From Chlorobiota bacterium (GTDB taxonomy: Bacteria; Bacteroidota; Ignavibacteria; Kapaibacteriales; NICIL-2), in the NCBI GenBank assembly GCA_026415505.1, contig JAOAGY010000010.1, forward strand, positions 18 to 64,017: a stretch of 64,000 nt of DNA. Reading direction: 5' to 3'. A model generated the notes under the pieces. The model saw nothing but the letters and a program-made list of their open reading frames with translations, had not been told where the DNA came from and did not search any database. Below, in pieces: positions 1 through 8,964 of the stretch. A program made the translations under genes and the position numbers. Numbering within the stretch: the first letter of the stretch is position 1; each line of letters starts with the position of its first letter.

Positions 1-331
1 CGAGTGCGCCGCTCGATGCCGTCGAGGCAGCGTCCTTGATCTGCTGGACGAGGTTGCTGATGTTGTCCAAGCCGTCTTGAGCGATGTTGGTGACGCTGGT
101 CGCATCGCCGACAGCGTTGAGTGCGGCTTGGAGTGCGCCGTTGCGGGACTTCAACGCGCGCGAGGTGATGTACCCGGCGACGTCGTCTTGTGCCGAGTTG
201 ATGCGCTTGCCCGTCGAAAGGCGAAGCTGGCGGAGAGCAATGTCGCGGTTGGCTGCATCCAGAGCGTTGTAGGCATTCTCGGCGGGAGTGTTGGTGCGGA
301 TGCGAGCTCCGTTCGTAATTGCGGAAGGCAT
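1..331 (-). CDS. fliC: Flagellin, 5' part (runs off the window start)
   Basis: Manual translation from ATG at 331: MPSAITNGARIRTNTPAENAYNALDAANRDIALRQLRLSTGKRINSAQDDVAG...; RLSTGKRINSAxDD is the flagellin N-terminal signature. GGAGG RBS at 337-341. Not in the ORF track because it is incomplete. Confidence 0.95.
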   Translation of the reverse strand, partial: MPSAITNGARIRTNTPAENAYNALDAANRDIALRQLRLSTGKRINSAQDDVAGYITSRALKSRNGALQAALNAVGDATSVTNIAQDGLDNISNLVQQIKDAASTASSGAL

Positions 332-401
332 AGGAACCTCCATGAAATGGTGCTACCTGAGAGCGGGCATCCTGCCACCGATTGTCACCATCCAGCCGGA
401 A

Positions 402-428
402 GTATCGGGCGCTGTCGGAAAAACTTTA
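402..428 (-). promoter_or_regulatory. sigma28 (FliA) promoter of flagellin
   Basis: Minus strand TAAAGTTT-N11-CCCGATAC versus consensus TAAAGTTT-N11-GCCGATAA, about 70 nt upstream of the flagellin ATG. Confidence 0.85.
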
Positions 429-1991
429 GCGCCGCCAGCGACGCCGTAGAAGGACGCGCGCAATGCGAAGCTGCCGCTGCCGCCGAATCCAGCGCACAAG
501 CCGTCGCCACAGCACCCGCAAAAGCACGCCGAGCGAGAGTCCATCGCCTCGGCGGCTGCCGATCGCTGTACGCACATGGTCGAGCAGCGGCGCCGATGCC
601 GGAATTGCAACGTCCTGATACTGACCGCTCCGCACCGATTGCATCCACTGGCGCAACGCACCTTCGAGTTTCTGCACGAGCGCCTCGAGATGCTGCGCAT
701 CCGGATTGAAGCGCAAAAGATGTCGCACATGATCGAGCAACGCCGCCATGCGTTCGGCGTCCTCGCTGCGATGGTGTGCAGAGAACTCCTCCAACAGCGC
801 CTCGGCGAGTTGTTCCAATTGCTGCTGCCGCTGGGGCGACAGTCGAAACGCCTCCGCTGGATCGAGATCGTCGAGCTGAACGAAAACGTCCGCCAGTTGC
901 TCGATGTCCGTGCCGAAGTGTTCGGTTGCATAACGGGCGATTCGTTCGGCAAGCTCGGCGATCAAGCGATCGAGCACGCCGATGTCGTGCGAAATCATCG
1001 AGCGGCGCATCGCCGTATTGGCGTGCTGCAGATCGAGCTGCAACTGGCGCCGCCGCTCTTGCAGTTCGATCAGTCGCCGTGCATCGGCTGTGCCGAGCTT
1101 GCGGGCGTAGTACTCGACCATCGCCGGCTCGGCGGCGATGCGCTCGTGACCGATTTTGACCGCGTGCAAACGGATGCTTCTGCCCATCAGTTCGGCAAGT
1201 CGCTCGACGTCCAAGTGCGCTGCGCCGTCGGTGACGACCAGAATTTCGGCGTCGCTCAAACTGTGATGCGATCGAATGTCGGCGATGGCGACCTCGATGG
1301 CTTCCTGCATGTTCGTCCCGCGTCCGCGAGCATCGAGCAGCAGGATGCGCCGCAGCAGCTCGCGAAACGACGGCACGTCGTCGGCAGTGTAGCGCTCGCC
1401 GACGTGCTCGGCGAACGTCCGCAGGTGCACCGTCCCCAGCTCGCGCATGTTGCGCTGCAAAAACACGTAGGCGATCGCTTTCGCCAGCACGATGCGCCAA
1501 TGCGAGTTCATCGAACGCGAGACGTCGAAGAGAACGTACACCTTCTGCTTGCGCGGATCGGGAGCGAACGTGTCGCTGGCGGTCGGGAAGCGATATGTGC
1601 GCGGCGGAACCGGACGCGGTAGCCACAGCGATCGCTCCGCAAGCCGCTGGTAGAACACTTCGTCGGGCAAGAGGAACTGGTAGGGGTAGATGAGCGGCAA
1701 TTCGTGGAAGTGGCGAATCAGGTCGGCTTCGTACTCTTCGGCGGCGACGGTCGGCAGCGGCGGAAGCGGTTCCCCGTCGGTTTCGGTCGTGCGTGCGACC
1801 AGCGGCGCCAGGCGCTTGCCCAGCTCGGTGTCGGTGCTCTCGATCACGCGGGCGATCTCGAAAATCAGCCACAGATGATCCGGCAGCCGCTCGGCAAGCT
1901 CGGTTCCGACCAACCCCGCCAGCTCGAACTCCGAAAAGAGCGGCTCTTCTTCGATCACCGCGCGCGCCGAGCGGAAGCGATCGTCGTCCAT
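426..1991 (-). CDS. VWA (von Willebrand A) domain protein, ViaA-like architecture
   Basis: MIDAS motif FDVSRS...GRGTN...VVTDG. Start MDDDRF at 1991 overlaps the usp stop (TGATG). Confidence 0.85.
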   Translation of the reverse strand: MDDDRFRSARAVIEEEPLFSEFELAGLVGTELAERLPDHLWLIFEIARVIESTDTELGKRLAPLVARTTETDGEPLPPLPTVAAEEYEADLIRHFHELPLIYPYQFLLPDEVFYQRLAERSLWLPRPVPPRTYRFPTASDTFAPDPRKQKVYVLFDVSRSMNSHWRIVLAKAIAYVFLQRNMRELGTVHLRTFAEHVGERYTADDVPSFRELLRRILLLDARGRGTNMQEAIEVAIADIRSHHSLSDAEILVVTDGAAHLDVERLAELMGRSIRLHAVKIGHERIAAEPAMVEYYARKLGTADARRLIELQERRRQLQLDLQHANTAMRRSMISHDIGVLDRLIAELAERIARYATEHFGTDIEQLADVFVQLDDLDPAEAFRLSPQRQQQLEQLAEALLEEFSAHHRSEDAERMAALLDHVRHLLRFNPDAQHLEALVQKLEGALRQWMQSVRSGQYQDVAIPASAPLLDHVRTAIGSRRGDGLSLGVLLRVLWRRLVRWIRRQRQLRIARVLLRRRWRR

Positions 1992-2425
1992 CACTGATGG
2001 GGCAATGGAACGACAACGACCGGCACCGACGCATGGCGAAGGACGTATTCGGCAACGCTTCCCTCGACCAGCCGTGCCAATCCTCTGCGCGCGTGTGTGC
2101 CGACGACGATCGCATCGGCGCCGACGTGCTCGGCGGTGCGCAGCAGATCGTGCTTTGGATCGCCTTCGACGAGCACGGTGCGCAGCGGAACCTCGCCGAC
2201 TTCGCGCTTGGCTTGGTCGAGCGCCTGCTGCGCCTCGCGGCGGACGATCATGAGCGCTTCGTCGAAGCCGATGCCGGCATCGATGTCCCCGACCGCTTTG
2301 GTGCGATCGGCAACGGCGATGAGCACCACCTCCCCGCCGAGCTGTCGCGCGAGCATCCCGGCAACCGCTGCCGCTTTCAGCGAAGGCAGCGAATCGTCCA
2401 CACCGACGGCGATCACCTTCCACAT
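1991..2425 (-). CDS. Universal stress protein
   Basis: IAVGVDDS...GDP...ADAIVVGTHARRGL...GSVAEYVLRHASVPVVVV, the UspA family pattern. Confidence 0.93.
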   Translation of the reverse strand: MWKVIAVGVDDSLPSLKAAAVAGMLARQLGGEVVLIAVADRTKAVGDIDAGIGFDEALMIVRREAQQALDQAKREVGEVPLRTVLVEGDPKHDLLRTAEHVGADAIVVGTHARRGLARLVEGSVAEYVLRHASVPVVVVPLPHQ

Positions 2426-2444
2426 GGGAAAAACCTCGTCGTTT

Positions 2445-2816
2445 TCACCGCATGAGCGCTATGCCCGCAACGGTCGCCAGCAATCCGAGCAACGTACTGC
2501 CGACGACGTAAAGCGCCAGCAGCGCGTACTGGCTCGCTTCGACGAGTTCGACGACTTCGTACATGAGCGACGAAAACGTCGTGAACCCTCCGCAAAAGCC
2601 TGTCGCCAAGAGCAACCGCAGTTGTGGGGCAAGTACACCGAATCGCCCGGAAGCACCGAGCACCAGCCCGATGAGAAAGCATCCGACGACGTTGACCGTC
2701 AGCGTGCCGTAGGGAAACCCGATCGGCATGCGGCTGGAGAAAAACACCGCGACCAGATACCGCGCGATGCTGCCGAGCATACCGCCGAGTCCGACCAGTG
2801 CGATGTTCCGAAGCAT
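2445..2816 (-). CDS. crcB: Fluoride channel Fluc/CrcB
   Basis: GGMLGSIARY, PYGTLTVNVVGCF and TGFCGGFTTFSS signatures; 123 aa. Confidence 0.95.
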   Translation of the reverse strand: MLRNIALVGLGGMLGSIARYLVAVFFSSRMPIGFPYGTLTVNVVGCFLIGLVLGASGRFGVLAPQLRLLLATGFCGGFTTFSSLMYEVVELVEASQYALLALYVVGSTLLGLLATVAGIALMR

Positions 2817-3091
2817 CGAACGCCAGCACCAGAATAACTCTGCTCGAAAATACGCAGTGCATACCGAGGGGTTTTCCTGCCGCTCGAGGTACGTTCTGCC
2901 GGTCGCATCAGCCGCTCGATCTATTCCCGATAGAGCCTGCTTTATCGAGACCTCTCCACACGACATTCGAGCTGTCGTTCTGTGCTTCGGTGTACTGGAA
3001 AAACAAACCAGAATACAGACGCTGTTTGTTGCCGCGTACTACCAAGAAGCGTTACGCTCATCCGGTTTCGATGCGGTAGTTCAGATAGGGC

Positions 3092-3118
3092 TACAGTTTT
3101 TTGTAAAGCGAACGATAA
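3092..3118 (+). promoter_or_regulatory. sigma28 promoter of the fliS-fliD operon
   Basis: TACAGTTT-N11-AACGATAA upstream of fliS. Confidence 0.75.
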
Positions 3119-3182
3119 TAAGGCATGGATAGGTCCGCACCGGATGCGGTATCGGTGTAGTTCCATCATGGTAGAGCACGAC

Positions 3183-3521
3183 ATGACGACAGCAGTTGCA
3201 CGGCAGCGATTCCAGCAGTACGTCGGACAAGCGCCAGCCTACCTCGAACAAGAGGTGCTGAGCTGGAGCCCGGAAAAAATCATTCTCAAAACCTACGACT
3301 TGTTCTTGGTCAGTGCACGGCGCGGCGACGAACAACGCATGCGCCGGATACTGGCGGAATTGATCAACGCACTGAATTTCGACTACGGCGAGCTGCCGCA
3401 GCGACTGCTCCGGCTCTACGAATACTGCCAGCGATGCGTGGCGATGCGTCGCTACGAGGATGCTGCGACGATCATCGCCGGATTGCGCCAAGCGTGGGCA
3501 GAAGCATTTCAGCTCGAATGA
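3183..3521 (+). CDS. fliS: Flagellar export chaperone FliS
   Basis: SPEKIILKTYD...ILAELINALNFDYGELPQRLLRLYEYC...LRQAW, the FliS pattern. Alternative start at 3168. Confidence 0.88.
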   Translation: MTTAVARQRFQQYVGQAPAYLEQEVLSWSPEKIILKTYDLFLVSARRGDEQRMRRILAELINALNFDYGELPQRLLRLYEYCQRCVAMRRYEDAATIIAGLRQAWAEAFQLE

Positions 3522-3549
3522 CATGTAGCAGTACCCGAAGAGAAACGCC

Positions 3550-5316
3550 ATGGCAACCGATCCTCTGAGCACAACGTTCCTGGTCGGCAACGGTTTTTCC
3601 GACAGCGGACTGAGCAACGTCGATTTGCTCATTCAGGCGTATCGGCGCACACGCCAGCCGGCGCTCGATGCGCTCACGACCAAGCAAACGACGCTCGAGC
3701 AGCGACAGAGTTTCATGAATACGCTGCGCTCGAAACTCGAAGCACTCCAGAGCGCAGCCGATACGTTTCTCCAAAGTGGCGCAGCGACGAAGTTCCAAGC
3801 GCGGAGCGTGACGGTCTCCGATACGTCCGTGCTGAGCGCTACTGCTGCCGATGGCGCCGCACTCGGCAGCGCCACGATCAAAGTCGAGCGGCTGGCGACC
3901 AGCGACGTCCTGCAATCGGCGCAGCGCACGCTCGCCTCGAGTGCGGGCTTGACTGCTGGCGCAAAATCGTTTACCATTTCCGGCAGGAATTACACCGTCA
4001 CGCTCGACGGCACGGAAACCTACGAAACGCTGATCGGCAAAATTGTTTCGGCGATCAACAGCGACAGCGATGCGAAAGTCACAGCATCGCTGGTCAAAGA
4101 CAGCGCGACAACAGGGCGGCTTTCGCTGACCGCGAAGACAACTGGTGCCGATGGTGCCATTACGTTCAGCGATGCAGGCGGCGTCTTGGCTGCGCTCGGA
4201 TTGACCGGCAGCATCAAACAAACGACCGGAACGACCACGCTCTCGGTGCAGAGTGCCGCAGTTACCAACACCGACACGATTCTCTTCGACTCCAGCGGCT
4301 ACAAGCGTTTCCGCGTCAACGGGGTGGATATGTTCGTCTACATTCCGTCGAGCGTCAGTTCATTCGATTCGCGGGCGTCGGAGACTGCCTCGACATTGCT
4401 CAGTAAAATCGCCAGCGCCATCAACGGTGCGACCGGTGCGGGTGCGACAGCAGCAGTGCAAATAGCAGGTGTCAATCAATCGCGCTTGGTGATTTCGAAT
4501 TCCTCGCCGGGCGGGCAGTTGGTCATCGAAGATGTTGACGGCGTCTTGTCGAAAATCGGTATCGCCAGCCAAACCCTCCGCGATGAACGCACCAAAGCCA
4601 GTGCCACCGGCGCAGGATACGCGCTCGGCACAACAAGCGACCTCAATGCATCGCTGACAGTCAATGGCGTGACGATCAGCCGTTCGTCAAACACTATCAG
4701 CGATGCAATTAGCGGTGTAACGCTCACACTCCTGAAGGCGCAGCAATCGGGTGAAGCGCCGGTCAGCCTCACGACTGGTGTCGGTACCGACAAAGTCGCC
4801 GATACGATCAAGCCGCTGCTCGATGCCTACAACGACGCACTTCGCTACATCAAGGACAACATCAAAACGATCGGTGGCGATGCGGCGCTGCGGACGTTTC
4901 AATCCGACTTGCGTTCGCTCTCGTCGAAAGTATTCTCTGGAACGCTGACATCGCTTGCGGACATTGGCATCAAAGTCGCCAGCGACGGAACTCTTTCCGT
5001 GGACAACAAGGACCGCCTCAAACAACAGCTTGAAACCGATCCGGCAGCGGTCGCAGCGCTCTTTACAGCCAGTGGTGGTTTTGCCGACTCGCTCATGAGC
5101 AAAATCACCGGGCTGGTCGGCAGCGACGGTTTGCTCCAGGCGCGGTCGAATTCGCTCGGACAGCAGATCAAGCGTGTCAGTGACCAGAAGAAGGCGTTGC
5201 AGGATCGCATCGATCGTGAAGTCGAACAACAACGACGCGAGTACACCAAACTGCAGGAGCTTTTTTACTCCTTGCAAGGACAGATGAGCCAGTATTCGGC
5301 ATATGTGCGAGGATGA
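3550..5316 (+). CDS. fliD: Flagellar filament cap protein FliD
   Basis: FliD N- and C-terminal features (IKVERLA, NGVTISRSSNTISDAISGVTLTL, SLADIGI, C-terminal coiled coil); 588 aa. Confidence 0.92.
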   Translation: MATDPLSTTFLVGNGFSDSGLSNVDLLIQAYRRTRQPALDALTTKQTTLEQRQSFMNTLRSKLEALQSAADTFLQSGAATKFQARSVTVSDTSVLSATAADGAALGSATIKVERLATSDVLQSAQRTLASSAGLTAGAKSFTISGRNYTVTLDGTETYETLIGKIVSAINSDSDAKVTASLVKDSATTGRLSLTAKTTGADGAITFSDAGGVLAALGLTGSIKQTTGTTTLSVQSAAVTNTDTILFDSSGYKRFRVNGVDMFVYIPSSVSSFDSRASETASTLLSKIASAINGATGAGATAAVQIAGVNQSRLVISNSSPGGQLVIEDVDGVLSKIGIASQTLRDERTKASATGAGYALGTTSDLNASLTVNGVTISRSSNTISDAISGVTLTLLKAQQSGEAPVSLTTGVGTDKVADTIKPLLDAYNDALRYIKDNIKTIGGDAALRTFQSDLRSLSSKVFSGTLTSLADIGIKVASDGTLSVDNKDRLKQQLETDPAAVAALFTASGGFADSLMSKITGLVGSDGLLQARSNSLGQQIKRVSDQKKALQDRIDREVEQQRREYTKLQELFYSLQGQMSQYSAYVRG

Positions 5317-5383
5317 AGCTGTGCATGATGCATGTCATGATTTCAACACGACCGTGGGATTGTCCCACTTTGGAGATAGAGCC

Positions 5384-5767
5384 ATGAACGAGATCGGTGG
5401 CATCAGCCCGAGCGTGCCGGTTCGCGCGATCGAGTCACCGTCGTTGCAGCAGCGCACGGTGGAGTCGAGCAGTGGTTCGGTTGCCCAGCAGCAGTCGCCG
5501 CTCAGTCAGCACAGCAGCGACAGCAACACCGGTCGAGCAGGGCACCAGGGAACGTCGAACAAAACGACAGAGGCGTTCTTCGACGTGATGCAGCGGCAAA
5601 TTCAGTTCACAGTGGACAAAGAAACGCGGCGGACGATAATCAAAATCGTCGACCCGAAGACGAAAGAGGTTGTCCGCCAGATTCCACCCGACGAAGCGCT
5701 GCGCATCTCGCGCATGATCAGCCGCCTGGTGTCCGATCGCGGAGCGGTGACCGATGAACGTATCTAA
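5384..5767 (+). CDS. flaG: FlaG family flagellar protein
   Basis: IQFTVDKETRRTIIKIVDPKTKEVVRQIPPDE signature; GGAG RBS. Confidence 0.9.
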   Translation: MNEIGGISPSVPVRAIESPSLQQRTVESSSGSVAQQQSPLSQHSSDSNTGRAGHQGTSNKTTEAFFDVMQRQIQFTVDKETRRTIIKIVDPKTKEVVRQIPPDEALRISRMISRLVSDRGAVTDERI

Positions 5768-6134
5768 CATGCACCAGGCGCTTGCACTGATCGGCGACAT
5801 CGAACGTCTCAGCACCCAGCTCGACGAGCAGCTCGCTGCATGGGATGCAGCGACGGAAGCAGGCGATCGCACGCGGCTGCTCGACGCAGTGGGGCAGATG
5901 CTCCAGACTCGTGGCACGCTTGTTGAGGCTTTGGTACGGTGGCTCAGCTCGCCTCACGGTCAGCGAGCCACAGCCAGAGAGCGTCGCCTATGGCAGGATG
6001 CTCTCGCTCGTCTCCGCGACAGCGATGCGCGGCGCGCCGACCTGCTCAGTCGGCTCGTCGCCGATGCCGGAGAACGATTGCGGCAACGGACTGCACAACG
6101 TGCTTTGTTCATTTATCAGCGAGGCGACACATGA
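5754..6134 (+). CDS. Helical flagellar chaperone, FliT/FlgN-like (start 5754 or 5769)
   Basis: All-helical protein of about 120 aa between flaG and flgM; assignment rests on gene position. Confidence 0.5.
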   Translation: MNVSNMHQALALIGDIERLSTQLDEQLAAWDAATEAGDRTRLLDAVGQMLQTRGTLVEALVRWLSSPHGQRATARERRLWQDALARLRDSDARRADLLSRLVADAGERLRQRTAQRALFIYQRGDT

Positions 6135-6415
6135 TTCGCTCTGTCGATGGAAAACCGGAACTGTCCAAGCTCGTTCCCAACGACGCTCGGCAGCCGCAAC
6201 AGACGTCGCACGAAAAACCCGCCGCCACGCAGCAGGGCGACAGCATCGAACTCTCGGATCGAGCGCGCCAGTTGATGCGCAATCCCGAACTGGCAAAGCG
6301 CCAACGCATCGAAGCCGGCATCGAATCGGGCTTCTACAACTCGCCGGAGGTGCTCAACACCGTCGCGCAGCGACTGCTCCGCGATCTCGACAGTGGCGCT
6401 GCATCCGGCGTGTGA
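6131..6415 (+). CDS. flgM: Anti-sigma28 factor FlgM-like
   Basis: 94 aa; DSIELSDRA...IEAGIESGFY...VAQRLL resembles FlgM. ATGA overlap with the previous gene. Confidence 0.7.
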   Translation: MIRSVDGKPELSKLVPNDARQPQQTSHEKPAATQQGDSIELSDRARQLMRNPELAKRQRIEAGIESGFYNSPEVLNTVAQRLLRDLDSGAASGV

Positions 6416-6487
6416 CTTGTACGCCATTTCGTCCCGATTGCGTAATTTTCCCGCCGAAACATGTCGGACCGATCGGGAGAAACGCCC

Positions 6488-6895
6488 GTGGCTCGCAGCC
6501 TCAACAAAGTGTTGCTCATCGGCAACGTCGGCAAAGACCCCGAAATCCGCTACACGCCCGCCGGTGTGCCCGTTGCACAGTTCAGCTTGGCGACCAACGA
6601 AACCTGGCGCGACAAGGAAGGGCAGTTGCAAGAATCAACCGAATGGCATACCATTGTCGCTTGGCGCAATTTGGCGGAACTGGCAGAACGCCACATCCAA
6701 CGCGGCACGCGGCTCTTCGTCGAGGGACGCATTCGCTCTCGCTCGTACGAAGACTCCAGCGGTACCAAACGCTATGTCTTCGAGATTATCGCCGACTCGA
6801 TCATTTTGCTCGACGGACGGAAAGAGCAGGGAACGTCCTCGCCACCCGACACGCCGCCCGAAAGCAGCTCGTCCGGCGACGATGTGCCGTTTTAG
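6488..6895 (+). CDS. ssb: Single-stranded DNA-binding protein
   Basis: SLNKVLLIGNVGKDPE, TEWH, acidic tail DDVPF; GTG start after GGAG. Confidence 0.97.
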   Translation: MARSLNKVLLIGNVGKDPEIRYTPAGVPVAQFSLATNETWRDKEGQLQESTEWHTIVAWRNLAELAERHIQRGTRLFVEGRIRSRSYEDSSGTKRYVFEIIADSIILLDGRKEQGTSSPPDTPPESSSSGDDVPF

Positions 6896-7029
6896 TGCAA
6901 GTGGGCGATTCGATGCGCCGGCAGCAGCCGGCTCCCGCGGCGTGGCGTAATTTCGCCGCGGCGATGGGTCGCTGGCGCAGACAGTAGCCGCGCCCGTCGT
7001 CCGAATGTCGTTCCACTTTCGCTCCCTCC

Positions 7030-7977
7030 ATGTACGGCTCCGAACAACGAACCTACGTCAAAGTCGGCGCGATTACGCTCGCCGCAGTCGTCCTGCTTTT
7101 GCTCGGCATCACGATCGGACGCGGTGTGAACATCTCGACGGCGCCGGTACAGCTCCGCATTCGTGCTGCGTCGGCAGATGGACTGGAAGTCGGCGCGCCG
7201 GTCTGGATCAACGGCATCAAGCGGGGAACGGTCGTCAGTGTCCGACCCGACGGCGATTCGGTGCTCATCGTCGCTGGCATTGACGATGCGACGATGCTCC
7301 GCGCCGATGCGTTCGCGCGGATCGCGATGCTCGAAATCACCGGCGGCAAACGACTCGACATCGTTCCTGGCACGAGCGCCGCACGATGGAACGGCACGAC
7401 GCTCCGTGCGGAATCCTACGGCAATCTCACCGACATGTTCGGTCAGCTCGGCGGGCTTGCATCGCGCGCCGGCGTGGTGATCGATCGGCTCGATACGACG
7501 ATTCGCGCAGCCAATGCGGTACTCGCCGATCGGACCGTGCAAGAGCAGCTCCGCCAAACGATCGAGCAATCCAGCCAGCTCGTTGCCGAACTGCGCCAGA
7601 TGGTCGAAACCAATCGCGCTACCGTCGAGCGCATCGTCGCTGATGTCGGCGCCATCGGTCGCGAGCTGCGCGATGCCATCGAGCACAATCGCCCGACCGT
7701 CGAACGGCTGCTCGAACGGCTCGATCGAACGAGCGCTGAGCTGGAATCGCTGGCGCAGAAAGCATCGCGACTGGCTACCAGTGCCGATACGACGCTCAGC
7801 CAGTTGAACGCGCTGCTCGGCGATCTCCGCTCGCAACGGACCGTGCTCGGCAAGCTGCTCTACGACGAGCAATTGGCATCGAGTCTCGATACGACGCTGC
7901 GCCGCATCGGCGGCTTGGTCGATACGATCAGCCGCTTCGGCGTCAACGTCAACGTGCGATTGGGAACACGACCGTAG
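7030..7977 (+). CDS. MlaD/MCE family protein
   Basis: N-terminal TM helix, GLEVGAPVWINGIKRGTV MCE motif, long helical C-terminus ending GKLLYDEQL. Confidence 0.88.
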   Translation: MYGSEQRTYVKVGAITLAAVVLLLLGITIGRGVNISTAPVQLRIRAASADGLEVGAPVWINGIKRGTVVSVRPDGDSVLIVAGIDDATMLRADAFARIAMLEITGGKRLDIVPGTSAARWNGTTLRAESYGNLTDMFGQLGGLASRAGVVIDRLDTTIRAANAVLADRTVQEQLRQTIEQSSQLVAELRQMVETNRATVERIVADVGAIGRELRDAIEHNRPTVERLLERLDRTSAELESLAQKASRLATSADTTLSQLNALLGDLRSQRTVLGKLLYDEQLASSLDTTLRRIGGLVDTISRFGVNVNVRLGTRP

Positions 7978-7985
7978 GTACAGCC

Positions 7986-8648
7986 ATGTCCACCTCATTC
8001 ACCCCCGTTACCGACGAGATTGCCGCCTACATCGAATCGCTGTTTTCTGCCGAGGACGACTTTTTGCGCCAGCTTCGCCGCGAGGCAGAGCAGGCAGGCA
8101 TGCCGCCGATCCACATCAGCGGCGCACAAGGTGCGGTCTTGCAGGTGTTGCTGCGGGCGATCGGTGCCGAGCGCGTGCTCGAAATCGGCTCGCTCGGCGG
8201 ATACAGCGCGATCACGATGGCGCGCGCACTGCCGCCGTCGGGAAAGGTCGTTTGCTTGGAAATCAATCCGGCGTACTGTGCCTTCATCGAGCGACAAGCA
8301 GCGCGTGCCGGTCTTGCCGATCGCATCGAGGTGCGGTGCGGACCGGCAGCCGAGTTGCTCGCCGCCATGCCCGAAGAGCCGCTCTTCGATGCAGCGTTCA
8401 TCGATGCCGATAAACCGAACTATCCCCGCTACCTGGAGGCGTGCTACCCGCGCGTGCGCATCGGCGGACTCGTCATCGCCGACAACACACTTGCCTGGGG
8501 ACACATCGCCGAGAGCGATCCGTCGTTCGAACCCGCAAACGTCCGCGCACTTCAGCAATACAACCGCGCCGTTGCTGCACATCCGGGCTTGCGTGCAGCA
8601 TTGATCCCCAGCGGCGACGGGATGACCGTCGCTGTCAAGATCGGCTAA
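7986..8648 (+). CDS. SAM-dependent O-methyltransferase (caffeoyl-CoA OMT-like)
   Basis: VLEIGSLGGYS, FIDADK, IADNTL motifs. Confidence 0.92.
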   Translation: MSTSFTPVTDEIAAYIESLFSAEDDFLRQLRREAEQAGMPPIHISGAQGAVLQVLLRAIGAERVLEIGSLGGYSAITMARALPPSGKVVCLEINPAYCAFIERQAARAGLADRIEVRCGPAAELLAAMPEEPLFDAAFIDADKPNYPRYLEACYPRVRIGGLVIADNTLAWGHIAESDPSFEPANVRALQQYNRAVAAHPGLRAALIPSGDGMTVAVKIG

Positions 8649-8651
8649 TGG

Positions 8652-8939
8652 TTACCAGCGCTGCTCTTTGGTTTTCATCTTGCGGATTTGTCGCACCAGT
8701 GCTTCGCGTGCGCCGTGGATGGCTTTGAAAAAGTCGTCGGCGCTTTCTTTGGCGACGAGCGTTTTCCCGTTGACTTTGACGACGAACTCGGCGCTGCACT
8801 CTCCGTTGCTGCGCTCGAGCACGACATCGGCGCCGATGATCGAATCGTGGAACGACCGCACATGGTCGAGCGCTTCGCGCACGAGCGATTCGAGCTCTTC
8901 GCCGGCTTTGAAATGGCGAGAGGTGATGGTGAGCTTCAT
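8652..8939 (-). CDS. hpf: Ribosome hibernation promoting factor (short HPF/RaiA)
   Basis: MKLTITSRHF...AKESADDFFKAI...LVRQIRKMK; GGAGG RBS. Confidence 0.9.
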   Translation of the reverse strand: MKLTITSRHFKAGEELESLVREALDHVRSFHDSIIGADVVLERSNGECSAEFVVKVNGKTLVAKESADDFFKAIHGAREALVRQIRKMKTKEQRW

Positions 8940-8964
8940 AGCGGAACTCCTCCGAGTGGGAAAC

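Noticed and set aside
2817-2990. Fluoride riboswitch upstream of crcB
   Set aside because: Only a GCUGAUG fragment is present on the minus strand. There is no GAUGG-containing P1 or pseudoknot partner, and the candidate promoter lies too close to the start codon.
6960-7029. GGCGATGGGTCGC before mlaD resembling the 5' end of a fluoride riboswitch
   Set aside because: The 3' conserved element is missing and the gene context does not fit.
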